Of a DNA stretch of 64,000 bases, positions 45,769 through 55,001 are shown piece after piece. Source of the DNA: a virus; the IMG/VR virus record IMGVR_UViG_3300010376_000033, positions 8,587-72,586 of that record. One strand, 5' to 3'. Under the pieces are notes generated by a model. The model saw only the letters and a list, made by a program, of their open reading frames with translations. It was not told the DNA's origin and did not search any database. Each line of letters opens with the position of its first letter. Position 1 is the stretch's first letter. A program made the position numbers and the translations under genes.

Positions 45769-45859
45769 TAGGCTCTCTTTGTTTTCTGCCTCACAACGGG
45801 CAAGGACGTTCGGTTCCAGGGGTTGCCGGTGGCGGCGGTGAGAGGCTGCCACCGGCTTA

Positions 45860-45928
45860 TCCGGGTAGTGCGGTGAATCTCCGAGGCTCATAACCCTGGG
45901 GCGGCCGGTTCGACTCCGGCACCCGGAA
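45860..45928 (+). tRNA. tRNA-Met(CAT)-like element with degenerate D-arm, possibly a pseudo-tRNA
   Basis: Acceptor TCCGGGT/ACCCGGA, anticodon loop CTCATAA, T-arm GCCGG-TTCGACT-CCGGC; D-arm short and unpaired; no encoded CCA. Confidence 0.6.
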
Positions 45929-45930
45929 TT

Positions 45931-46377
45931 ATGGTGACACAGGCCAATATCAACGTTTCCTCCACCAACGGCGTACCCTATTGCAAGACGGCGCCGGTGG
46001 GGACCACCGAGGCCGACCTGGGCACTCCGGTCACCGTGACCTGGTTTGAAGCCATTCTGGCTTCGGTGGTTTTCACCTTCACCGGCACGCCCACGGGACC
46101 GTCGTATATCGTCCTGCAAATCGACCTGGGCGATAGCAACTGGATCGATATTGCCTGGCTAACGACGGCGACGACGGCGGGCACCTTGGTCTTTGTGCTG
46201 GCAGCCGGCAGCGCGGGCGGGGCCGCGGCGCAGCAAACCCGCGTGGTCGGCACGGCGCCGGCCTCGAGCGCTTTTATCCAGATGCCTCTGGGCGGGCGCT
46301 TCCGCTTTGTCGGCAAGACCGGCGCCGCCAACACCCTGACAGCGACCATCACGTACCGCACGCTGCCCCAGCGCTAA
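45931..46377 (+). CDS. Putative structural protein
   Basis: T/G/V-rich beta-sandwich-like composition. Confidence 0.5.
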   Translation: MVTQANINVSSTNGVPYCKTAPVGTTEADLGTPVTVTWFEAILASVVFTFTGTPTGPSYIVLQIDLGDSNWIDIAWLTTATTAGTLVFVLAAGSAGGAAAQQTRVVGTAPASSAFIQMPLGGRFRFVGKTGAANTLTATITYRTLPQR

Positions 46378-46387
46378 GGAGCAAGCT

Positions 46388-46555
46388 ATGCCCTTAAAAA
46401 AAGGCAAGGGCCAAGGCACGATCAGCAAGAATATCCAGGAGATGCTGCGCTCCTACAAGGAAACTGGCAAAATTGGCAACACCACGCCCAAAAACAAGAA
46501 GCACGCGGCCAAGATCGCCGCCGCGGCGGCCTACCGCAAGTCCCGTGGAGACTAA
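46388..46555 (+). CDS. Small basic phage protein (55 aa, missing from the ORF track)
   Basis: AAGGAG RBS; MPLKKGKGQGTISKNIQEM...AAKIAAAAAYRKSRGD. Confidence 0.7.
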   Translation: MPLKKGKGQGTISKNIQEMLRSYKETGKIGNTTPKNKKHAAKIAAAAAYRKSRGD

Positions 46556-46557
46556 CC

Positions 46558-47136
46558 GTGGCTGTGTCAACGGTCACCCTTGAGGTCCGCGCTAATAAAG
46601 CGGAAGTCCGCGCATTATTGCGCTCCTTGCCAGCAGCCCTGACCGGCAAAGGCCCCTTCGCGCCGCCGGTGCAAAAATTCCTGACGCGCCTGGGCCTGAC
46701 CGTGCTGGGGCTTATTCACGACAGCTTCTTGCGCCGGGCTCGCGGCGGTACGGCGGCCGGCTATCGCTGGAAGAAGCTGGCAGCCGCTACGATTCGCAAG
46801 AAGCGCCACACGGCACCCGTCAACGCCTACCTCATTCTGCGTGAGTTCGATGATCTCCAGTTTAGCCTAATGCCTACCTTGCGCCCGGCCGATGCCACCG
46901 TCCTGCCACCTACTCGTCCCTTGCAAATCTTTTTTCACCAACCCGGACGCGTTATCCTTGGCACGTCCCGGCGTTGGGCCGGTCGCCACCACCAGGGCGT
47001 GCCCGGCGAGCTGCCGCGCCGCCCCTTGTGGCCCCCGCCGCGCGACTGGCAGGCTTCCTGGTGGCGACGGTTGCTCCAGGAAGCTCAAAAAGGGGCGGTC
47101 CCGATGATCGCGGAAATGTTAAGGAGCAGGCCATGA
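46558..47136 (+). CDS. Virion morphogenesis / tail completion protein (Mu gpG-like)
   Basis: WKKLAAATIRKK...ILRE..L..SL...VILGT...HHQG...LPRRP. Confidence 0.7.
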   Translation: MAVSTVTLEVRANKAEVRALLRSLPAALTGKGPFAPPVQKFLTRLGLTVLGLIHDSFLRRARGGTAAGYRWKKLAAATIRKKRHTAPVNAYLILREFDDLQFSLMPTLRPADATVLPPTRPLQIFFHQPGRVILGTSRRWAGRHHQGVPGELPRRPLWPPPRDWQASWWRRLLQEAQKGAVPMIAEMLRSRP

Positions 47137-47510
47137 GCGCAGCCAACGGCAAGCGCAAGATTGTTCTCGGCGGCAAGATCGGCACGCGCGTCTTTCAATT
47201 TGCCGACACGGCTCCCGAGGTGACCCTGGATGTCATCCATATCTCCAACTTATGGTTCGAGATCGACCAGCAGTTTCGCCTGCCCGACGGCAAAGTCGAT
47301 GAGAGCAAACTCAAGGAGCGCGCCCAGGAAGCTATCCGTTTTGCGGCGGAATTACTGCAAGTGGACTTACGCGACATGGATCTGGCCAGCGCCTTTCATT
47401 TTATCAAGGTGGTCGATGATGAAGTGGAGGAACTCAAGCCTTTTTTCGTGCCCAGGTCCGCCGCAAAGCCATCCTCTCCCGCGAGTACGGATGTGATCTT
47501 TTCGACGTAG
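47133..47510 (+). CDS. Tail assembly chaperone (short form)
   Basis: AAGGAG RBS; contains the slippery T TTT TTC at 47441-47447. Confidence 0.65.
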   Translation: MSAANGKRKIVLGGKIGTRVFQFADTAPEVTLDVIHISNLWFEIDQQFRLPDGKVDESKLKERAQEAIRFAAELLQVDLRDMDLASAFHFIKVVDDEVEELKPFFVPRSAAKPSSPASTDVIFST

Positions 47511-47713
47511 ACCTGTTCACGGAAGAAGTCCTATTCCAAGCCCTGCAAGAGGCGATGGCCTGGCGCGATTTGCATGATCCTCATATCGGCGGCGTCCTTG
47601 ATGCCGATGATTTTTACCAGCTAGCCGAGGCGGCTGGCCTGGGCAAAGCCGAAATCGAGCGCTTGGTCAAGGAGCGGGCCTGGCAGCGCATGAAAAAGGA
47701 GTTGCCACCCTGA
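47133..47713 (+). CDS. Tail assembly chaperone, long form via -1 frameshift
   Basis: -1 frame is open from 47441 to TGA 47711-47713 (FFRAQVRRKAILSREYGCDLFDVDLFTEE...KKELPP); first in-frame ATG is far downstream. Confidence 0.7.
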
Positions 47714-47994
47714 GCGACCAATTTGGCTCTTTTGATGGCAAGGACAACCGCAAGGCCATTTTCGACCTCCTCAAGCGGCTCGGCGGCCATGCTCCCGAAG
47801 CGCACAAAATGCAAGCACGGTCGCGCTTTTTGAAACGCCTCTTGTGTCTTTCCGGCAACGGCTTCGCCGCCGCCCCGGTGCGCCTGGAAGCGCCAACCCT
47901 TCTGGATGCCTATTTTGCCTTCACGGCCCTGACGGGCGTTCTCGGTGTGCCCATTGACCAAGCCGCCCAGCTCTTGGAGAGGGAAGTACGATGA
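47710..47994 (+). CDS. Hypothetical protein, probable CTG start
   Basis: AGGAG 8 nt upstream of CTG 47710; CTGA overlap with the upstream stop; frame open to 47994. Confidence 0.5.
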   Translation: MSDQFGSFDGKDNRKAIFDLLKRLGGHAPEAHKMQARSRFLKRLLCLSGNGFAAAPVRLEAPTLLDAYFAFTALTGVLGVPIDQAAQLLEREVR

Positions 47995-48167
47995 CGGACG
48001 AGGATCTATGCCATCTGGCGGAATTGGAACACCTGGAGTCGCGCCTGCTGGGCGTCCGTGATGAGCTGGCAGCCATCGCCCGGCAATTGCGCGACTGGCG
48101 CCAGCGCCACCAGCCCGCCCTGCGTCCCGAGCGCGACCTGTTCCCAAAACCGAGCCAACGCCCATGA
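47991..48167 (+). CDS. Small coiled-coil protein (58 aa, missing from the ORF track)
   Basis: ATGA overlaps at both ends. Confidence 0.55.
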   Translation: MTDEDLCHLAELEHLESRLLGVRDELAAIARQLRDWRQRHQPALRPERDLFPKPSQRP

Positions 48168-48760
48168 TCGATGCCCTGCTTTTTGGCGTCAAGCATCATG
48201 TCCTGGTCGCGGCCTGGGGCTATGGGCCTAACTCCGTGGACATCCGCGTCGATGGCCGGCCGCCACCCTCCGCTGGCGACTTCTTTCTGGCCATTCATGA
48301 AACCGGCTCCCAGAGCCTCATGGACAACGCGCTCGATGAATACTTCGCCTTCGACCTGACCCTGACACAGCGCGTGACCGTTCCCCTGGACCGCCTGGGC
48401 GATCAGGAGCTGGCCAAAAAACTGGCGCGGCAGCCCGGCCCCCAGGGCCAGCCATCGTTCAATGCCCGTCTGGAACAATTGCGGGCGCACTTTCACATGA
48501 ATTGGATGCTGCTCCAGACCGCCAACAATCTGATTAGCGACTGGACGCCCAGCCAGGGCGGGGTGGCGCTACAATACCAGCCTAGCGCCACGCCCGTTTA
48601 TGGCTTCTGCGAGCCGCCGCGCTATCGCGGTCTGGAACGGCCGCACTTTGAGTCGGGAACCTGGTTTGCCGCCGACCCCGAAGCCGAGGAGGTCGGCCTG
48701 GTCGGGTCGTTGCATTTTGACGATTGCCGCCGCTTGCAAGCTCTCCAAACGTTTGTGTGA
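48164..48760 (+). CDS. Putative tail terminator / completion protein
   Basis: Position before the tail tube; DIRVDGRPPP...FDLTLTQRV. Confidence 0.45.
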   Translation: MIDALLFGVKHHVLVAAWGYGPNSVDIRVDGRPPPSAGDFFLAIHETGSQSLMDNALDEYFAFDLTLTQRVTVPLDRLGDQELAKKLARQPGPQGQPSFNARLEQLRAHFHMNWMLLQTANNLISDWTPSQGGVALQYQPSATPVYGFCEPPRYRGLERPHFESGTWFAADPEAEEVGLVGSLHFDDCRRLQALQTFV

Positions 48761-48763
48761 CCC

Positions 48764-49066
48764 ATGTATGAGAACTACGCCATCAACGAAGAAGGAAAGC
48801 AGTATATCTGCATCCATTTTGTCTGTTATATTCCCGACGATCCCCTGGCGCCCAATTTGCCTTCGCCGCACGAGGTGCCCCGGTCGGAATGGCGCCTGGC
48901 CTGCGCGCCCAATAAAGACCTTAATGCGCCGACACTGGGCCTCTATGCCCTCCAGCGGACGGACGATCCGCGCGCGGTGACGTGTCCGTCCTGCCTGCGC
49001 ACGCCGCGTTACGCGATGGCAATTGCCGCGCTCCAAGCCTGTCACGGAAAGGTGTCCGAACGATGA
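48764..49066 (+). CDS. Small Zn-finger protein, paralog A
   Basis: IHF...LAC...TDDPRAVTCPSCL. Confidence 0.65.
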   Translation: MYENYAINEEGKQYICIHFVCYIPDDPLAPNLPSPHEVPRSEWRLACAPNKDLNAPTLGLYALQRTDDPRAVTCPSCLRTPRYAMAIAALQACHGKVSER

Positions 49067-49404
49067 CGACGATTATCCGTTTTCTTCCCGATGGTTCGGG
49101 CCGCGTTCGCATCCACTGGTTCCGCCGCGATCCGGCGGGCCCTATCCAGAATCCCGAACACATCACCCTGACCAGCCTGGGCATTTTGCGACTGGGCGGC
49201 GGTAAGGGGCAAATTGCCTGCATGCCCGAGCAGGTGCATCTCCTGGAAGCTTTGCCTAGCGGCCAATCGCAGCTCAGTTTATACTCGGACGATCCGCGGG
49301 CCGCGACCTGTCCGGAATGTTTGCAGACGGAAGCGCACCAGCAGGCGTTGGCCCTGCTCAAAGATTTGACCGACCCGCGCGAAGCGCTGGCCGCCACCCG
49401 TTAG
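49063..49404 (+). CDS. Small Zn-finger protein, paralog B
   Basis: IHW...IAC...SDDPRAATCPECL. Confidence 0.65.
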   Translation: MTTIIRFLPDGSGRVRIHWFRRDPAGPIQNPEHITLTSLGILRLGGGKGQIACMPEQVHLLEALPSGQSQLSLYSDDPRAATCPECLQTEAHQQALALLKDLTDPREALAATR

Positions 49405-49414
49405 GAGAAGGATC

Positions 49415-49942
49415 ATGCCTGCCGCCATTGTTGTGCCGATCTCGGGCCCTTACATCGGCGTCTGGAACGCTTTACCCCTGGGCACGCTCTCCGATGACGG
49501 CTATGAGATTTCCTGCGGCCTAGCCGGCCAGGAAGTCAACGAGACGGACGCTTTCGGCATGACCCTGACGGAGGCTATTTTTCGCGGCCAGAACTGGCGC
49601 TGCCGTCTGCGCGGCCTGGAATGGAAGTCCGGCTTGACGGCCATCTTGCAAGCCTTTGGCACCTTGGGCGTTTTGGGCGATGGCAACTTGACGCCCCTCA
49701 TGGTTAATATTGGCGACCGCTGGTCCAAGTTCAACCAGACTCTCCTGCTCACCGCCATTTTGGGCAGCCCGCCCACCGTGCCGCGCACCTTGACCGCCAA
49801 TTCCGCCGGCTTTGCTCCCAATACCCAGAGCCTCTTTATCATGACCTCCAAGGTCCGCGAGTTGCCGCTGGAGCTGGTCCTGTTACCCTACACGATCACC
49901 ATTGGCTCCATAACCGCGATCGTTCCCTTTACTACCACTTAG
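49415..49942 (+). CDS. Putative major tail tube protein
   Basis: 175 aa, beta-rich, directly upstream of the tape-measure-like gene; AGGAG RBS. Confidence 0.55.
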   Translation: MPAAIVVPISGPYIGVWNALPLGTLSDDGYEISCGLAGQEVNETDAFGMTLTEAIFRGQNWRCRLRGLEWKSGLTAILQAFGTLGVLGDGNLTPLMVNIGDRWSKFNQTLLLTAILGSPPTVPRTLTANSAGFAPNTQSLFIMTSKVRELPLELVLLPYTITIGSITAIVPFTTT

Positions 49943-49952
49943 ACGGTGAGAC

Positions 49953-51275
49953 ATGGCCGACCAGGCGCGGCTGGTTATCCAGCTCATCGAAGGCAAGGGC
50001 GGCGTGCCAACCTCCGGTCAGGCCGCCGGCACGCCTCGTCCCCGCGAGGAGGCAGAGCCTCCGCAGGTATTGGCGCGGGCGATGGATGCCCTGCGCCAGG
50101 TCCTTAGTAATATCGGCGTTGGCCGGAACCTAAGCGCTGGGTTAATCAACCGGGCCGCCGCCGTAGTGCAGCCCTATGTGGGCGTGCCGGCCTTACCGCC
50201 CTCGGCACCCGCTACGGCCGCGGCGGCGACGACGGCGCCGGCCGCTACGGCCGCCGCAGCCATAGCACCCGTCCAGAGCGCCGAGGCTCAGGCGCCGGCC
50301 CAGGGCGCCGCCGGGCCGGCGCGGCCGTCGTTACTGTCCCGTCTTTTTGGCTTTCTGGGCGGCGCGGCTAGTAGCGTCGTACAGAAATCGATGCTCCTGC
50401 TGAGTCAGGCAACGACCTTGGCGACGCAAGGGATAACCGCGCTGCATGCGGCCTTGACCAAGCCTCATAGTCCGCCCATCGCGGAAGCCATTGTCCTGTT
50501 GGCCAAAGGTGCAGTTGTGGCCAACGAGGCAGTCATGAATTTCGCCGTGGCAGTCACCGATTCACGTAGCTCGATTCTGGGCGCCGTGAATGGGATTGGC
50601 CAATCCTTTGAATCAGCCGGCAAAAAGGTCTTGCTAGTCGGTGCTGGTGTCGTCGCCTTTGGGGCCGCGGTGGCGCTCGTCTTCCCGCCCCTGGGTGCCA
50701 TCCTTATGGCAGCGGGCGCTACCATTGCCGTCCTGGGAGCCAGCGCCGCCATCGCCGGCAAGGCCCTGCAAGCCTTTGCCAAGGTCGTGGATAATCTGAC
50801 CGAGATTTCAGCGCGCTATGCCGGCGTCAACGCGCAGATCGCTATTGCCGAGGCCCAGGGCGATATTCGTCTCCTCCTGGGTGACATCCGCCGTGGCCGG
50901 GAGTTGGCTGGACCTTTATCCGGTTTCGTCGAGGCACGCACGGCGCTCGTGCAAAAACAAGAGGACATCAAGGCGGCCTTTATCAAGCGTATTGCCCCGG
51001 TCGCCGAGGCCGGTTTGCGCATCCTGGAAGCACTCTTGCCCTCGGCCGAGACGGTGGAAGTGATGCTCAAAATTCTGGATGCACAGCTGGAAATTGCCAA
51101 GGCTACGCCGGTTGGGTACGTGGCCAACAAAATCCTGGACCATCTCAAAGAAGAAGCGCGCAAGCGCGACTTGGCAGGTCAAGAGTCAGCCACAGACCTT
51201 ATCTTCCAGAACCCCAATCCCCTTGACGTTTTCCAAGGCTTGCCGCGTCCAGGCGACCCGCCCCCGGGAGTTTAA
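49953..51275 (+). CDS. Short tape-measure-like protein
   Basis: Ala-rich helical sequence with a central hydrophobic stretch; position after the tube gene. Confidence 0.6.
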   Translation: MADQARLVIQLIEGKGGVPTSGQAAGTPRPREEAEPPQVLARAMDALRQVLSNIGVGRNLSAGLINRAAAVVQPYVGVPALPPSAPATAAAATTAPAATAAAAIAPVQSAEAQAPAQGAAGPARPSLLSRLFGFLGGAASSVVQKSMLLLSQATTLATQGITALHAALTKPHSPPIAEAIVLLAKGAVVANEAVMNFAVAVTDSRSSILGAVNGIGQSFESAGKKVLLVGAGVVAFGAAVALVFPPLGAILMAAGATIAVLGASAAIAGKALQAFAKVVDNLTEISARYAGVNAQIAIAEAQGDIRLLLGDIRRGRELAGPLSGFVEARTALVQKQEDIKAAFIKRIAPVAEAGLRILEALLPSAETVEVMLKILDAQLEIAKATPVGYVANKILDHLKEEARKRDLAGQESATDLIFQNPNPLDVFQGLPRPGDPPPGV

Positions 51276-51277
51276 CG

Positions 51278-52720
51278 ATGGCGCTGCCTCCCATCGAAAG
51301 CATGACCGGCGATGTCAATTTGCCGGATATTGGCCAGCTCTCCTACAATGGCGTCATCTTCTCTTATATGTTCAAGAGCCGCATTACAGGCCGCGTCCAG
51401 GCCGATGAGGCCCAACGCGTCACCAAGTTCATCGGCTACACGCTCGCCGTCGAAGGCGTGGTCACGGCCGACGATAGCGGCAACAGCGATAACATCATGG
51501 ACGATCTGCGCGATGCCCTGACGGTGCAGGGCGGCATCCTCAACTATACCCTACGCGGCTTCGGCACCTTTACCGTCAGCTCGGCGCCCTTGCGCGGCAG
51601 CCAGCCCGATGTGGCCTGGGGTCCGGTGCCGCATCTCCTGGAATTCTCGCCTTTGGGCAGTGGCCGCTCGGCCTTTGTCCGCTGGGAAGTGGAGGTCCAT
51701 TACACGCAGGTCAAGCCGGCCTCGGGCGGCATTCTCCGCTCGCTCGGCCAGGGCAACCTCAATCTGGGGCCGGTCTTGCAATTCAACTGGGAGTACAGTC
51801 TCCGTTATGACGAAGACCATTATTTGTCCTACCGCGTCGAGGGCACGCTGGAAATTCCGTTGACGTTTTCCGTTGCCGACGATCGCGCCGTCTTGGCCAC
51901 GGTCGATGATTTTCGTAGCCGCTGGTTGGATATGAGCGTGGACCTGGAACGCTTTCGCGTTACCGACCGCACCTTTACCGTGGCCCGCGACAAGCGCATC
52001 TGCACCTGGAGCTTCGCCTGCGAGCAGCTCAAGCCGGGCGGCATTCCGCCCGGCTGTTCGACGGCGCGCGGCACCTTCTCGTGCCGGAATTCCCTGGGCT
52101 CCATCGGCGGCCGCTCCAACGGTAAGCTGTCCTTCATCTCCTGGCAATGCTCCCTCCGTGTCACCTACAGCGTGCGCAATGACCAGGATCAGCGCGTGGC
52201 TTTTCTGGCCTTTTATTCGCTCCTGTGGTGGCGCATGCAGCAAAGCCGTTTTGGCAGCGAGCCGGTTCTCGATCCCAAGTCCGCCACCGCTGCCGATATT
52301 GCCGGTGCCACGGCGGCGGCCCAGCTACTCAAAAACCTGCGCCCGCCGGCCGGCGCCGCCGCGGCGGGCGACAACGCCGTGGCCCTGTGGGACAAGATTT
52401 ATGATGCGGCCCAGATCGTCGGCAAAAGCCGGGCGCCCAAAAGCATTATCCTGACGGACTTTGGCTTTGACGAAGGGCTCTATCTCGATAGCGACAAGCA
52501 CACCTTTCATGCCACCTGGATTCTGTTCACCAATTTTCAATCACTCTTGGCCGCCACCGGCTTTACCCAGTTTCAACCGGGCAGCGCCGGCACACGCGGC
52601 AATTTGTGGCGACAGAGCATGGTCAATGTGGTAGGCTGGCGCGGCCCCTTGGCGGGCCGCTTGAACTCCAACACGGACGTAATCGTAGACATCGGCGGCG
52701 GCACGCCGTGGAATTCCTAG
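51278..52720 (+). CDS. Putative tail tip / distal tail protein
   Basis: Follows the tape measure; GQLSYNGVIF N-terminal pattern. Confidence 0.5.
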   Translation: MALPPIESMTGDVNLPDIGQLSYNGVIFSYMFKSRITGRVQADEAQRVTKFIGYTLAVEGVVTADDSGNSDNIMDDLRDALTVQGGILNYTLRGFGTFTVSSAPLRGSQPDVAWGPVPHLLEFSPLGSGRSAFVRWEVEVHYTQVKPASGGILRSLGQGNLNLGPVLQFNWEYSLRYDEDHYLSYRVEGTLEIPLTFSVADDRAVLATVDDFRSRWLDMSVDLERFRVTDRTFTVARDKRICTWSFACEQLKPGGIPPGCSTARGTFSCRNSLGSIGGRSNGKLSFISWQCSLRVTYSVRNDQDQRVAFLAFYSLLWWRMQQSRFGSEPVLDPKSATAADIAGATAAAQLLKNLRPPAGAAAAGDNAVALWDKIYDAAQIVGKSRAPKSIILTDFGFDEGLYLDSDKHTFHATWILFTNFQSLLAATGFTQFQPGSAGTRGNLWRQSMVNVVGWRGPLAGRLNSNTDVIVDIGGGTPWNS

Positions 52721-52731
52721 CGAGGCTTCTC

Positions 52732-53472
52732 ATGCCGGCTATCGTGGCCACCCCGTACCGCGACCCGCTCCTCAAGGAAGCTCCGGCTGTCCAGGGTTAT
52801 TCCACGACCCAGCCCGAGACCAAGACGCCCTTGCCCTGGGGCATCGATCCGGGCTCTTCCTATCTGGATTACCGCTGCTGGACGGAAACCGAGCTGGACC
52901 CCGGTCTGTGCTTGCACAAGCCGTTGCCGCAGAGCAACCCCCAGCCGGATACCCTGGGCCTAATTGATTGCCAGGCCGATAACCTGGATAAATTCACGCC
53001 CCCGCCCAGCGGCGGCGTCAATCTGGCGTCGCGTTCCTTGGCGGTTGATGTCATCCAGCGCATGGCCACCAGCACCTACCGCTTCGTTTTGCGCGGCCAT
53101 GCCCTGCGCGTCGGCTGGCAGATACCCATTCCCAGTCTGGTCGCGGTGGGCGAGATTACGCCCGTGCCCGTGTGGCCCCAGCGCGCTACCAATGTCATCG
53201 TCGGCAATTTTTGCGGCATCCCCATCTTCCACGCAGTCTGGGAGCTGCACTATATCGTCCAGCAGACGCCAAGCTCGGGCAGTCAGGCCGGCGTGCCCGT
53301 GCCCTATAACCCGTACTTGCAAATGCGTCCCGACCAGCAATTGCCCGACACCATCCAGGCGCCGGTATCCATGAAAGACATGGAGCATCAAAATCCCGTT
53401 ATTCCCCCCGGCGGCGGCATTATCCGGCCGGCACCGCTGCCCGAGCCGGGCCAGGGCGTCATCCATCCATAA
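52732..53472 (+). CDS. Putative tail protein
   Basis: GAGG RBS; tail module context. Confidence 0.5.
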   Translation: MPAIVATPYRDPLLKEAPAVQGYSTTQPETKTPLPWGIDPGSSYLDYRCWTETELDPGLCLHKPLPQSNPQPDTLGLIDCQADNLDKFTPPPSGGVNLASRSLAVDVIQRMATSTYRFVLRGHALRVGWQIPIPSLVAVGEITPVPVWPQRATNVIVGNFCGIPIFHAVWELHYIVQQTPSSGSQAGVPVPYNPYLQMRPDQQLPDTIQAPVSMKDMEHQNPVIPPGGGIIRPAPLPEPGQGVIHP

Positions 53473-53492
53473 ACCAGGCAAGGACGGCGAAT

Positions 53493-55001
53493 ATGGCTAT
53501 TCCTGTTGACACCCTGAACAAGATTCCAACCAACGGGCATTTTCCGCGTGACCGCCAGGAGATCCAAAATCTCCTTACCGAGGAGCCGTTGACCCTGGGC
53601 TATCGCCCGACCTTGCCCCTGTGGGCACTGTTTACCTCGGACACCGTGCCGCAGTTTTATCTGCTCCGCGATGTCGAACTCATGATGATCCATCCCATCG
53701 TCCGCAGCGCGCTCGAATATTACAAGGGCGGCATCGCCGGAGCGGAATTCTGGGGCGGTCCCAACCCGACCAATCCCAAGGACGAACAGGGGTTGCCGGT
53801 GTGCCCCGCCAATCCCGACGTGACCGCTTTCGTCCTTCAGCAATGCCAGCGCTTCTGGGATCGCGGCGTGCCCCTGCTCCAGGCCGGCTATGAATATGGC
53901 TGGATCGCCGGCGAGAATCTTTATGCCGGCGAAGGCGGGCAGCTGCTCTGGGACAGCCTGCTCCAATTCAGTCCGCGTGATGTTTACTTGTTGACCGAGC
54001 AGACCAAGATGGTCGGCGTTCGCGTCAAGCAGATCGCTGCCAATCGCGAGCAGCAAACCGGCAATGCGACTTCGACGGGCATGGTCGATTTGTGGCTGGC
54101 GTCGCGGGATGTGCCCGGCAAGGCCCTGTGGTACGCGCACAATCCGCGTTACAACCAGTTTTATGGCCAGAGCCAGCTGTTGGGGGCGTGGAAGCCGTGG
54201 CGGCGGCTGGCCTGGAAGGATGGGGCCGAGTCCAATATCGACCTCGGCTTTTATCGGCACTGGTGCCGCGGGCCTATTGTCAAGTACCCCAATGAGGACT
54301 TTCAGGTCGGCGTCAACGCCCCCGCCGTGGCCACCTCCTATGATTCCCAGGGCCGGCCGCGGCGCACGGCCCGCGATGTAGCCCGGCAGATCGCCGAATG
54401 GTACAAGGCCGGCGCCGGCGTCGGCTTCCCCAGCGATAAGTACCCTCCCGATATGGGCGGCGGCGATAAGTGGGACCTGGACTTGCCCGATTCGACCCTC
54501 GATGTCACAGGCGGCCTGACCTACGCCAAGCATCTCTGGGATCAAATCCGCTATGGCATCGGTGTCGCCCCGGAATTAATGGAAGCCGCCGAGTCCGGCG
54601 GCGGCTTCAATGGCCGCATGGTCCCCTTGTATGCCTTCCTGGAGCAGCAGCAGCGCATTGCCGACGCCTTACTGCTGCTGTTCGTCAAGCAAGTCTTGAA
54701 TCCGCTGGTGCGCTGGAATTTCGGCGCCGTGCCCTGGTCGGTGCAAGTAAAACCGTTGCTTATGACCCGCTTTCGGGGCCAAAAGGGCGAAGCATCGCAG
54801 CCGGCCAGCCCGACCGGCCAGCCGGCTACGGGACCGCGCGGCGGCGAGCGGGCTACGCCGGACTTTCCTGCCTTGCCCGGGCCGATCGGCGAGGAGCGCA
54901 TGCCCCAGGTCGCCGGCTATTCGCTCAGCCTATTGGACGACCGCGTGGCGTTGGCACGGGAAATTGTCCGCCGCATTCTTCAAGCAGGGCAAGCCGCATG
55001 A
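53493..55001 (+). CDS. Portal protein (Mu gp29 / DUF935-like)
   Basis: MIHPIVRSAL, EYGWIAGENLY, HNPRYNQFYGQSQLLGAWKPW, GPIVKYP, VKQVLNPLVRWNFG follow the Mu-type portal layout; no other portal candidate seen. Confidence 0.75.
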   Translation: MAIPVDTLNKIPTNGHFPRDRQEIQNLLTEEPLTLGYRPTLPLWALFTSDTVPQFYLLRDVELMMIHPIVRSALEYYKGGIAGAEFWGGPNPTNPKDEQGLPVCPANPDVTAFVLQQCQRFWDRGVPLLQAGYEYGWIAGENLYAGEGGQLLWDSLLQFSPRDVYLLTEQTKMVGVRVKQIAANREQQTGNATSTGMVDLWLASRDVPGKALWYAHNPRYNQFYGQSQLLGAWKPWRRLAWKDGAESNIDLGFYRHWCRGPIVKYPNEDFQVGVNAPAVATSYDSQGRPRRTARDVARQIAEWYKAGAGVGFPSDKYPPDMGGGDKWDLDLPDSTLDVTGGLTYAKHLWDQIRYGIGVAPELMEAAESGGGFNGRMVPLYAFLEQQQRIADALLLLFVKQVLNPLVRWNFGAVPWSVQVKPLLMTRFRGQKGEASQPASPTGQPATGPRGGERATPDFPALPGPIGEERMPQVAGYSLSLLDDRVALAREIVRRILQAGQAA

